Shown here: positions 12,163-23,871 of the stretch, one piece after another
How the letters are laid out: each line of letters begins with the position of its first letter
Position numbering within the stretch: the first letter of the stretch is position 1
NCBI RefSeq assembly: GCF_006345805.1
Contig: NC_043012.1
Span: 54,374,001 to 54,438,000, forward strand
Source: Octopus sinensis
Lineage: Eukaryota
DNA: 64,000 bases
Direction: 5' to 3'
Notes under the pieces: generated by a model
Database searches by the model: none
What the model was told of the DNA's origin: nothing
The model's input: the letters and a program-made list of their open reading frames with translations, nothing else
Position numbers and translations under genes: made by a program

Positions 12163-12362
12163 CTCGACTGGGCTTTTTGGGCGATTATAGTCTCTATCAG
12201 TACATATGTATAGAATTACGTGCTTTAATCACAGCATTAGAGCTTTTTAGCTCTTATTTCTAGCAATGTAAGTGTTCTAACACGCTAGTCACATTTAGTG
12301 ACAATTATAGTTTTCCTTCTTGGTAAAACATTGCACACTGCTGTCTATATTAAATTATTATT

Positions 12363-13016
12363 TATTGTCTTTGCACAGTTTCTAACGCTAAAGATGTCCT
12401 ACGGTGCCAGCTGTGAACAAAGATAACACCTCTTATTTTTCGTACACCATCAGGAGTACTCGAGCGGTTCCAAGCAGTGCTGTTTTCTGCAAGTGCTCCA
12501 CCCTTATTGCAGCCCCTATTTGTTCCATGTACTTCTCAGGATTTTTACTCGCTGTTCCCAGGGCTCTGACAATTATTAGTACTACTACCACCTTTTTCAT
12601 CGACCACAACTGTTTAATTTCCCAAGCTAACCTGTCATATCTATCGACTTTTCTTTCTTCCTTATCCCACACCTTGTTGTTAGCTGGGCGTGCTATATCT
12701 ATGATCCAGCATCGTTTGCTTTCTTTCTCAATTAACCCTGTCTGATTTCCTATTCTCTATCTCATGCTCGCACTAAGTCATAAAATCCCATAGGATCTTT
12801 GCATTATCATTTTCGGTGATACCTTTGAGTTTATGTTCGTACCACATTTTTGCAGTATCAAGTCATACTTGTTGCAAAGTGTCCAATGGATAATCCTTGC
12901 TATATCGTCACAACGTCTCTTATATTCTTTCTGGGCTAGTGGCGTACATTGACTAGTAATATGCCGTACGGTTTCACCATTTTGTCCACAAGGTCTGCAC
13001 TTATCACTTTCTGATG
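12363..13016 (-). mobile_element. 5'-truncated R4/Dong-like non-LTR retrotransposon (CCHC knuckle plus restriction-like endonuclease)
   Basis: CRPCGQNGETVRHITSQCTPLAQKEYKRR...IHWTLC and RYDRLAWEIKQLW...VRALG...LQKTALLGTARVL. ~22-bp flanking duplication at 12339-12362 and 13017-13038. Confidence 0.8.
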
Positions 13017-13083
13017 TGCTGTCTATTAAATTATTATTATTATCATCATTATTATTATTATATTATTATTAGTAGTAGTAGTA

Positions 13084-13123
<40 letters not shown>

Positions 13124-14177
13124 TTTTTTTTATTATTGTGTGTGTATTATATATATATGTATATATATTGCTAAATGTTGAATAAATTTAATACATTTAC
13201 TTTTGGATTATATCATGCTAGTGGTTTCTAATAAGAATGAAACAGTACCTGACACGATTACGTCTGACTAGAAACTTTAATATCTTTGTAATAAGTAAAC
13301 AAAAAAGAACTATGTATCTGTATTCTATACATTTTATTGTTCTTCAATTAAAAATTCAAGCTTCTAATCTCACCCAGATTTATCTAGAAATGATTGTCTC
13401 CCTTATGCTAACTGGTTACAGGGCACATACTGTGTTTGAAAAAAGAATAACTTTTCACGCTTAAACCTCATTTGTGGCCTTTTCATGATGATATTTTTCA
13501 CGAAATATTTTGTGTATGTGTTTCAATTAATTTTGAAAGTAATCAAAAATTTTAAGTAGTTTAATAAAATCAATTATGTTTTCAATTTTGGATATAGTGG
13601 TGAAAGTTTCTCCGTTAATGTCGACGATGAGCATTCAGTTATCCGGTCAGTTAGCTACCTACTCAAGTAATTAACATGCAGGTGACTAATTATTCTACAT
13701 TGTGGTTTTAGTTGCGGCTCTCTACTCTCTGAGTTCAAACCCCTACCGAGTTCACGTCATCTTTGCAATTTGGGGTATCAAAATTAAAAGCTTACTAATC
13801 CAGCAGAGATAGGCAGAATTGTTAAACTGTGGACCATGATGCCTTGATATGTTTGTTCTGACACTTTGTGTAAACAGAAACTGTGTAGAAACACGTCGTG
13901 TGTATGCATATATGTCTGTTTGTCCCCATGCCATCGCTTGACAACCGGTGTTGGTTAGTTTATTTCCGAGTAACTTAGTGGTTGAGCAAAAAGAAACGGA
14001 TACACTAAGTACCAAATGACTGAAACAAGTAAAAGATAAAATTTATGAAGGAAGGATTTAATTTCAATGTGAACATTTTAAAACAGTCAACATTTGTATC
14101 AAAGGCCCAGGTGCAGTCTCAGGTAGGCTGATATCACGAAGATTTTCCTCGGTGGTATCGAATCCGAAATCTGGAAG

Positions 14178-14410
14178 GCGGCGAGCTGGCAGAATCGTTA
14201 GCATGCTGGGCGAAATGCTTAGCGGTATTTCGTCTGCCGTTACGTTCTGAGTTCAAATTCCGCTGAGGTCGACTTTGCCTTTCATCCTTTCGGGGTCGAT
14301 TAAATAAGTACCAGTTACGCACTGGGGTCGATATAATCGACTTAATCCGTTTGTCTGTCCTTGTTTGTCCCCTCTGTGTTTAGCCCCTTGAGGGTAGTAA
14401 AGAAATAGGT
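14178..14410 (+). mobile_element. SINE family B, full length
   Basis: Near-identical to 6928-7165. Confidence 0.8.
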
Positions 14411-14896
14411 ATCAAATCCGGAATCTCATGAATGCGTGACCAGCTTAATCCCTGGGCTATGCTTGAGTCTTGTGGCTATTACTGTGCTGTAGATATCCTT
14501 TCTACTTTTAGCACAAGGCTTGGAATTTGTGGGGAGGAGGGTAGTCAATTTCTAGCACTTAATTCATCGACCTCGAAAGGATAAAAGACAAAGTCAAGAA
14601 CACAACGCGTCGCTCGGTGCAGGAATCAAAACCACAACCTTACGATCATGAGCCCAACAGCCTAACCACTAAACCACGTGCTTCCATTATCGACTCTTGT
14701 TCTCAACGGGTACTTATTTTATCGATCCTGGAAGGATGAAAGGCAAAGTCGACCTCGGCAGAATTTGAACTCTAAACGCTAAGATGGATGAAATGCTGCC
14801 GAGCATTTTGCCCGGCGTGTCACGTTTTGACCAGCTCGCCGCTTTATTCTGCTGTAAATATTAAAAAAAAAAACACAAAAACTCAGACGAGTAGGT

Positions 14897-14974
14897 TTCG
14901 AACAACGAATCTTTCTAAATAAAGGGTATAATTATTATTATCCTTTGTTTAGAAATAACGGTTCTTTGTTCGAA
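14897..14974. repeat. Imperfect 78-bp palindrome
   Basis: ttcgaacaa..tttctaaataaagg..ataat and attatcctttgtttagaaa...ttgttcgaa. Confidence 0.6.
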
Positions 14975-16015
14975 TTCAGTGTGAGATAATGAACATTTAA
15001 AGGAATGTGACACCTGATGACGACTGGAAATCAAACTGAATAGAATGTAATGTTGTTCATTAACGCTAAGTTAGCCCTAATCCTGTATCATTTAGTCTTA
15101 TGACTAACCATGTTCAAGCTGTAACCATAGTGTCTTTTTTTTTATCCCAGCATACGTCATTTTGGGCAAGTGTCTTCTACTAGAGCCCTGGGCCGACCAA
15201 TGCTTTGTGAGTGAATTTGGTAGGCGGAAACTGTGTGAATCCAAATGGATTGCAAGTGTAATCCAAAAGTCCAAACATTGTCACATATTGTTTTCCGCAG
15301 ATTCGACCTGACGATTACATGGATTGGAAAGAATGGCCTAGCACTCATGCAAGTGGGATCCCGATCATAAGTTAACGAGGTGATTATATAGTCCCACCGC
15401 TGGGGAAGGGGCGTTGTCTCCTTACCGAAATCGTTTTATTTCAAGTTACTCCAGTCCACTCAGCTGGCAAAGATGAGCAGTAAAACCAACAGAGCTCCCA
15501 GTGGGTGTTAAGTTAACTCGACCGCATTAATGAGTTTAAATTACAACCCAAAGACCTTTGTACAATGAACTGTTACATTCTATTTTTTGCCTTAATTTAA
15601 TACGAAAACGGTCCAATTAATTGAACAACTGAAAGCTCCCCGTCGAAATCAACGGGGAACCTATCATCATCATCAGTGGCCATCACCACCAACACCACCA
15701 TTTACCGCCTATTCATCTTTCCTTCAAATTTAAAAGCACAAAAAATGTGCTAAAATATAGAATCATTAGTTTTAGATGGAATATTTCCATGGTTGTTAGT
15801 TTTCAAAATAATGGACCAATTAAAAATATAGAATTAAAATAAACCTAAAATATCGTTTAACAGAATATGAGGGGTGGGGGGGATGGTTGATTTATTATTT
15901 ATTTAAATCTCCTCCAGGAATTTGAAGGTGTGAAGAGAGGATCTATAAAATATTTGCCTTTGCAGAGAAATGCCAGCAACATGCAAACAATTTATCTCCG
16001 TTTTTGTTTTTCCTT

Positions 16016-16048
<33 letters not shown>

Positions 16049-16093
16049 TTGTTTTTTTTCTCTTTTTTATAATTTGTTTCAATAAAATCAAGT

Positions 16094-16095
<2 letters not shown>

Positions 16096-16187
<92 letters not shown>

Positions 16188-16306
16188 CATGATCATGATC
16201 ATGATCATGATCATGATCATGATGATCATGATGATGTTGATGATGATGATCATGATCATGATCATGATCATGATCATGATCATGATCATGATGATCATGA
16301 TGATGT

Positions 16307-16359
<53 letters not shown>

Positions 16360-16360
16360 C
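16096..16360. repeat. Compound trinucleotide repeat (CTG)n-(ATG)n-(ATCATG)n
   Basis: Read directly. Source of the poly-I and poly-M ORFs. Confidence 0.95.
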
Positions 16361-16789
16361 TGTCACCGCTGATATTGATGCCTTTGCTTTTGGCGTCGTC
16401 CTCCTCGTCATTGCATCCATCCATTTTCTCGCCGATTATTCTCGACAGGATCATGGGGGACAGGATCCTCAGGTACCTCCTGCATAGGGCCCTACCAGAA
16501 GCAACCGTCATTGCACTTTTCCGACCGGATTCCCAAGTGTAACCAACTAAGACCGTAGATAAGGCGGTGGCGAGCTGGCAGAAACGTTAGCACGCCAGGC
16601 GAAATGCTTAGAGGTTTTTCGTCTGCTGTTACGTTCTGAGTTCAAATTCCGCCGAGGTAGACTTTGCCTTTCATCCTTTCGGGGTCGATTAAATAAGTAC
16701 CAGTTACGCACTGGGGTCGATATAATGATTTTTAAAATGGGAATATCTGAAATAAACTCGACTGCTCTCACAAATGAGAATACTAAAAA

Positions 16790-17015
16790 TGAACCCGACC
16801 GATATCAAAAATTAAGTAAAACAAACCGGAAAAATAATCAAGAATCCCTATCCGGTACCGGATCAATCCCAAAATCTAATCAGTTCATACCAGTCATGAA
16901 GCCAAATATCCCTGAAAGTTTCATCCGAATCCATCAAGCGGTTCTTGAGATATCTTGTCCACGGATAGACAAACAAACACGACTGAAAACAATACCTTTG
17001 CTAAGGCGGAGGTAA
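16790..17015. mobile_element. Unclassified non-autonomous repeat ending ...aatacctttgctaaggcggaggtaa
   Basis: The atccaaaatctaatcag...cagacaaacaaac...gcggaggtaa layout resembles a widespread animal repeat. Class uncertain. Confidence 0.4.
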
Positions 17016-17429
17016 TAAAACGGGATGGTTATGGCTGGAATGCCTTTGATCATAGGCTTGCTGGATCAGAACTGACGTGGGGTTAAACAGCAACAAAGTC
17101 AGAAGAACGCCAACATGAGTTTACTGAACGGAATAATAAGTCATAAGAAATGTCAGTTTTGCTACGAAAATGCCACGTTCAATTTAGAAGCCATTAATAG
17201 TAGTTAAAAGTAATTAAACAAATAATAATATAAGAAGCTAATTAGTGACAATACGTAGCGTGTACATAATGACAACACAATTAGTTTTGTGGCATTGAAT
17301 GATTTGGTGAAGAAGTTATGTTTTATTCAAAATTTTTTAATAAATTAATGAAGCGCGAGAGAAAAGCTATTAAGATAGTCATTAATTTTATTAGGTTAGG
17401 AGGCTTAGTTTTAGCTGACGATTACATAC

Positions 17430-17712
<283 letters not shown>

Positions 17713-17929
17713 ACAAATTGATTGAATTTATATATTATTATTTTTATTGTTATATTTTATATGTTGTTTCAATCATTAGACTGCGGCCATACTGGGGCAC
17801 CACCTTCAATTTTTAGTCGAACAAATCGACCTAGTACTTTTTTTTTTAAAGTCTGATACTTATTCTATCAGTCTGCTTTGTATGTGTATCACGTTGTTTG
17901 TATCTGTTTTTACCTCCCTTCAGTCCTTA

Positions 17930-18300
17930 GTCGTCATGTGTGGTGGTGGGGGCTATTGTTCCATTCGTGTTTTCTATTGAGGCTTGCTCTGTCTCTGGCT
18001 ATGTATACAGCCTCTGTAATCTGTCTGAATGTCGTGTCAGTTCTATGCGTTGATAATACTTTGGCCTCTATGCTATTGACTGAGCCTCTATGTTCTGCTT
18101 GAGCATGTTGGTAGACCACTGACGAGCCATTCTCTTCTTTGAGGTCTCACCAGTGTCTTCACCTATACGTTCTCCTATGCTGCGTGCTTTCTCACCATTG
18201 TAGGTAGCTGCCATGTTTCTGCACCGTCCCTCAGTACATCATAAGCTATACACCATATTCCTAACCTTACAGTCAACCTGTGCGTTCATCCTACATACAA
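17930..18300 (-). mobile_element. Penelope-like element GIY-YIG endonuclease fragment
   Basis: NMVYSL*CTEGRC..ATYNGEKARSIGERIGE-H and SVVYQHAQAEH...AKVLS...FRQITEAVYI...LNRKHEW. Confidence 0.8.
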
Positions 18301-18407
18301 TACAACTGTTCTTCGTATATGGGGACCTACGAGGGATATACATATATGTATGTGTGTATATATAGGTATATATATATATACATATATACATATATTATAT
18401 ATATATC

Positions 18408-18445
<38 letters not shown>

Positions 18446-18462
18446 ATATAACATACATACAT

Positions 18463-18499
<37 letters not shown>

Positions 18500-18507
<8 letters not shown>

Positions 18508-18705
18508 GATAGATCGTTAGCCACTCACACACACATTTTTTTTCTCACCTTGTTTCTCTCCTTGTTTTTTCTGTGTACCTTTCTGTAGAAGAGCGTAGGC
18601 TCGAAACGTAAAGACTTTTTCTATTCCTGAGCGTTATACTAATACATCTGTTTGTTTTGTACACCACCTGTCTTTGTCTTTGGGGTTTTTTTTCGTAAAC
18701 TTTCT
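18500..18705 (+). mobile_element. Penelope-like terminal-repeat fragment with hammerhead-like motif at 18579-18614
   Basis: cttt-CTGTAGA-A-GAGCgtagGCTC-GAAA-CGT-A-aag. Flanks align to 4478-4660. Confidence 0.6.
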
Positions 18706-18744
<39 letters not shown>

Positions 18745-19032
18745 CAGCGAGCTTCTTTCAGTTTCAGTCTACCAAATCTACTCAGAAGGCTCTGGTCGAC
18801 CCGGAGCTATAGTACAAAACACTTGTTCAAGATATGGTGCACAGTTGGACTGAATCCGAGAGCCATGGTTTGAAAGCAAGTTTCACAACCACCCACTCAA
18901 ACACACGCGAATATAAACATATACACGTATGTGCTGGTGTGTATACACACACACATAGATATATAGATATAGATATAGATATATACATATGTATATAGAT
19001 AGATAGATAGATAGATAGATATATATATATAT

Positions 19033-19071
<39 letters not shown>

Positions 19072-20355
19072 TAAGTGTATATGTATATATACATATGTAC
19101 ATATATACATATATATATATATATATTTATATGTTTATACATTTATATATACACACATGTAGTTCCAATGTATGTGTATGCCTGTGTAATCGTGAGTGCA
19201 CGTGTGTGTGGTGTGTATGTGTGTATGTGTTCATGTGTGTGCCTGCGTAACTGTGTGTGCGCGTGCGCGTGTATTATGTATTCTTACTAACAACAGAGTT
19301 TATGGGTCTCATCTCACACGACCACTCACTCATTATATTATCTTATAAAATCCTCTACGGGTATCTTAATTTCCACAAGATTTGTAATAAACGAAGGAAG
19401 CAAAACTAAAATTTATTGAAAATTTGCAGATCAGATATTTGCCATCAAAAATACTTGAAAACAAAAAAAAAAAAACAAGCAAAATTTTTTTTTTAAGTTT
19501 TCAAAATGATTTGACATTATCTCTCATAAATCAGCAGAAGGAACTTTTCTTGGTTTCGGGGCGTTTACATTAATCGACAATAAAAATATTTTTCTTTTAG
19601 AAATTGCGGTTTTTATGGTTTGGGTTTTTTTGCCACAAAATTGGCAAAAACGTTTTTCCTAACTCAATTTATTTCACTGATCTGATAAAAATTTCCAATA
19701 TTCATCTTAGTTGATACGTTATAGTTTTGTCATCTTTCTTTTTACAATGTATTACTGAGTTTCCTAAGAATTTTAAAGGCGCGATTTTTCCTTAATTCCT
19801 TTCCATTAAAAGAATTTGCTAACATTAACTCTTATCTAACTTAAAACGACGACATTTCCAACACATATACTTTTTTTAGAAGTTACACCATTCTCTAAGT
19901 TAGGTGAGTTATTTCGATGACATGGTACCTGACTATAAGCCAAGAGGTTCACAGTTCGCACCGTGATGCAATGCATTCGATTACTGTAACCATTTAACTT
20001 CCAAATACTCTAGCCCAGCTATGGGCAAACTGCGACCCGTGAGACTTTCTCAATGGCTCACCTGACGAATTTTTTTTTTTTTTTAGTAGTGTGACCCACC
20101 TGGTGATGAGGTTGAAAATGAGGTTGTAAGTAGGCATCGGAAAAAGATGAGTTGATTGGCAGACTTCGTTAGGATATTCGTACAGGGTCTGTGCGTTGTG
20201 TTCAAATCCTTCCGAGATCAACTTCGCTTCTTATCCGTTCGAAATCTATAAAGAAAGAACTAGCCAAGTGTTGATACAGTTTTCTCTTCTTTCTGCTGCC
20301 ACATTGTAGATGATGATGTTGTTCTTGTTGGAGTGGTTGTTGTTTAATTTCAAGT

Positions 20356-20775
20356 TGACCTACAATGGAGTATTTCTCTCGCAGCTGAAACGATATTACT
20401 GTTATTGCACACACAGACATCCTAAACCACATCCAGAAAAGGGCCAACCGACTAATAGATATAAACTTACTCACACGTGTAGCCTCTGACCTACATGCAT
20501 GTCTCCACTCCCTACCACTACTATAATGGCCGCTGTTCCTCAAACTGGACCGGGCTCGTGCATCCTCCACTGAGATATTTCTGGCCCCACTCGTCTCTCT
20601 TCCTCCCATCACGCTTGTTGTGTCCAACCCCATCCCCGGCTCTGCTCTAATCAATACGACTAATCCTTCCTTCCTAGATTGTCATTTCCTCTGAAAATCC
20701 TGCTCTGCTCATTTTGCTTTTATGAGTGTCGACTTGTAAAGATTCAAGAGGAACATTTACGGCATCAATCTAAGA
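20356..20775 (+). mobile_element. CR1/L2-group LINE 3' fragment
   Basis: PTMEYFS...ILNHIQKRANRLI...YNGRCSS...SFLPR...FKRNI, with stops and frameshifts. Confidence 0.6.
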
Positions 20776-20974
20776 AGCCTAGTGGCGGCCTTGGACACTG
20801 CCCCTTCTTCCAGACCCACCAAGTAAAAAAGGAAGCTGTAATCGTCTTATAATGTTTTCATAATTTTTTCATGAATAGTTCACCTTGGGCTACACTACTC
20901 AATGTATCATCATTGTTTGTGGGGGGGTGTTTCTTTTTTGCTTTGGGGGGGATTTTTTTCAGCATGGCAGAGTA

Positions 20975-21425
20975 CTGGTGCAGGTGTGGTTGTGTGGTAA
21001 GAAGTCTGCTTCCCAAATACATGGCTTTCGGTTCACTCCCACTGCGTGGCATCTTTCGCGAGTGACTTCTATTATAGCCTCGAGCCGACCAAAGCTTTGT
21101 GCGTTGGTTTGATGGACGGAAACTGAAAGAAGCCCGACGTGTTTGGTGGGGTCTATCTGTCTGTCAGTGTGTTTTTTGTGTTTGTGCGTGTTGTGTGGAG
21201 GGATGTTGAGCGCGTACGTGTCATTGTGTCTACGTTTGTCGTCTACCACCGCTTGACAACCAGTGTAGGTGTGTTTACATCACTGTAACCTAGCGGTTCG
21301 GCAAACGAAATCTATAGAATAAGTACCAGGCTTTAAAAGAAAAAATAAGTACGATTCATTTGCCTAAAAATTCTTCAAGGCATTGGCCTCAGCATGGTCG
21401 CAGTCCAGTGACTGAAACAAGCAAA
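20975..21425 (+). mobile_element. SINE family A
   Basis: Aligns to 1676-2082. Confidence 0.8.
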
Positions 21426-21691
21426 GGATTAGAAATATTGTTCGGCGAGATATCTCATAGAATTTTCTAACAAGCCTGGCGCCCATCGTCCTAGAGCCTC
21501 GCTCATTAGGTACAAACTACACAGAAAGACGTTGAACTCAACGTTAAAAGAGGACTCTCTACGTATATTCAGATTCCACCATAATTGTATCTCTATACGT
21601 ACGGCGAGTAATAATCGTTCCATCATTAAGTTATAACTATAAACCTGTCAACGTTATCCTAAACAACTGTCAGTGATACTCTACGTTTACA

Positions 21692-21791
21692 NNNNNNNNN
21701 NNNNNNNNNNNNNNNNNNNNNNNNNNNNNNNNNNNNNNNNNNNNNNNNNNNNNNNNNNNNNNNNNNNNNNNNNNNNNNNNNNNNNNNNNNN
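21692..21791. other. Assembly gap (100 N)
   Basis: Exactly 100 N, a usual placeholder for a gap of unknown size. Confidence 0.98.
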
Positions 21792-21839
21792 AAGAATCTG
21801 TGAGTGAAATTCGATGAGAGGAAACTGTGCAGAAACTTG

Positions 21840-21880
<41 letters not shown>

Positions 21881-22129
21881 TGAGTGAGTGTGTCAACATG
21901 TGAGAAATGTGTATGTGTAAATATATAAGTAAACGTATGAGTGTGTGCATGAGAGAGAGAAAGTGTGTGTGTGTGTATGCATGTGTGTCAATGTCAAGAA
22001 AGGATGACAAAAATATTAGAGAACAAAAATACTATATATAGTATTTCAACCAAACTCAGTCACATCCCTTTATCATCCCTTTACATCCACCTCCACTGAC
22101 TGCTCTTTTTGACCTCTTTTGATGTCAAT

Positions 22130-22148
22130 AATATATATATATATAATA

Positions 22149-22222
<74 letters not shown>

Positions 22223-22338
22223 TTATATAATATATATGTGTATATATATATATATCTATATATATGTATATATATATATATATATATAATATATAATATA
22301 TATATATATATATTCTATATATATAATATATATATATA

Positions 22339-22374
<36 letters not shown>

Positions 22375-22375
22375 A
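22130..22375. repeat. (TA)n microsatellite
   Basis: Read directly. Confidence 0.95.
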
Positions 22376-22724
22376 AGCATTAAGGTTGATATAATTGACT
22401 AAAACCAGAACGCCAGTGCCCCAGCATGGCCACGGCCCAATGACTGAATCCATTAAAAGAGCACAGAAAATACAAATAAACCCATGTCATAGCAACAAGT
22501 GCCATAACAACAACAGTAACAAAAATTATACAACAAGAGCACAGAGTAATTTCAAATGAAACGAACTGGTTGAACATTATCTTTCAGCTACATGTGCATC
22601 TGTGCAGTGTGCACGTGTAAGGCAACACTAAAATGCAATTGCAATGGATAAATTTGTGAGGTAAACACTACCAACTTAGGTGAAGCCTAACAGTAACAGA
22701 ATCATAACTATTTTGTTATTCTTT

Positions 22725-23148
22725 TATTTCTGTTACTCTTTTACTTGTTTCAGTCATTTGACTGCAGCCATGCTGGAGCACTGCCTTTAGTCGAGCAAAT
22801 CGACCCCAGGACTTATTCTTTGTAAGCCCAGTACTAATTCTATCGGTCTCTCCTTTGCCAAACCGCTAAGTTACAGGGACGTAAACACACCAGCATCGGT
22901 TGCTAAGCGATGTTTGGGGTGGGGGGGACAAAAACACACACACACAAACATATACACACACATACACATACTTATATATATACATATATACGACGAGCTT
23001 CATTCAGTTTCCGTCTACCAAATTCACTCACTAGGCTTTGGTCAGCCCGAGGCTATAGTAGAAGACACTTGCCCAAGGTGCCACGCAGTGGGACAGAACC
23101 CAGAACCATGTGGTTCGTAAGCAAGCTACTTATGACACAGCCACTCCT
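22725..23148 (-). mobile_element. SINE family A
   Basis: Aligns to 1676-2082, reverse strand. Confidence 0.85.
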
Positions 23149-23650
23149 TTTCTCAAAGTACAACCGCTTTGTCTTTAACTAACACTCTTTAGCATTTATA
23201 CTGGTCATATCATGGCCAAATATTCAAGTTGTTTTATGTTCAAAACAACCAGATCCACCCTCTTGCACCCATCCTAAAATGTCATTCAAAGCATAAACAA
23301 TCACATCATCAGCCTCTTGAAGATAGGAGATAATTGCAGGATTAATTCAACACAATGTGAATTAAAAAATCATTGCATTTGACAGAGTAATCCGAGTGCT
23401 ACGGGGTAAATTTAGTATATAATGAAGAATATAGTAAAAATATCGTTATCGTTATTAAGATTAAGTTTGGATTATAAATTAACATAAAATTTTAATGGGA
23501 AGTTTGTTTTGGGTTTTCTTTTTTTTTTTTTTTTTGTTTCGATCACTTTAAAATAGAAAGTTAGAAACATAGAACCAGGGCCTGTCACAGGTAGACTGGT
23601 GTCGAAGCGAGTTAACAAGATGCTGAATGAAGAAACAAAACCTAGATTAA

Positions 23651-23871
23651 CCCTTTTGGTATCAACCCGGCTGAAACCGGCTCTGGCTTTGTAGTACAAA
23701 TGTCTTATTTTCATAAGTTTTGAATTAAAATCTTCCATCAAACCTTAGTCACAATTTATGTTCCTAACACTAGCTTAATGATAACCAAGTTATTTTACTT
23801 AATTCTTTGTTATATCTAAAATAATTGAAAGAAACGCAGAGCATCTCAAAATAAATACAGTAATGAAAGGG
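23651..23871. mobile_element. piggyBac-type MITE
   Basis: TTAA|CCCTTT ... AAAGGG|TTAA. A second TTAA/CCCTTT family lies at about 23185-23410, 25780-26002 and 59990-60190. Confidence 0.75.

Larger units (their letters stand above)
11489..12310 (+). mobile_element. Retrozyme-like tandem unit (~285-nt monomer, ~1.4 copies) carrying the hammerhead
   Basis: 11489-11590 is repeated at 12192-12305. Offset is 703 bp, or 285 bp after removing the SINE. Long self-complementary arms flank the ribozyme. Confidence 0.65.

Noticed and set aside
15903-16542. Longest ORFs in the track (202 aa poly-Ile and 190 aa poly-Met)
   Set aside because: Translations of the (CTG)/(ATG)/(ATCATG) repeat. No splice or domain support.
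21429-21626. 65-aa ORF in unique CpG-rich DNA beside the gap
   Set aside because: No splice signals or motif, and the context is truncated by the gap.
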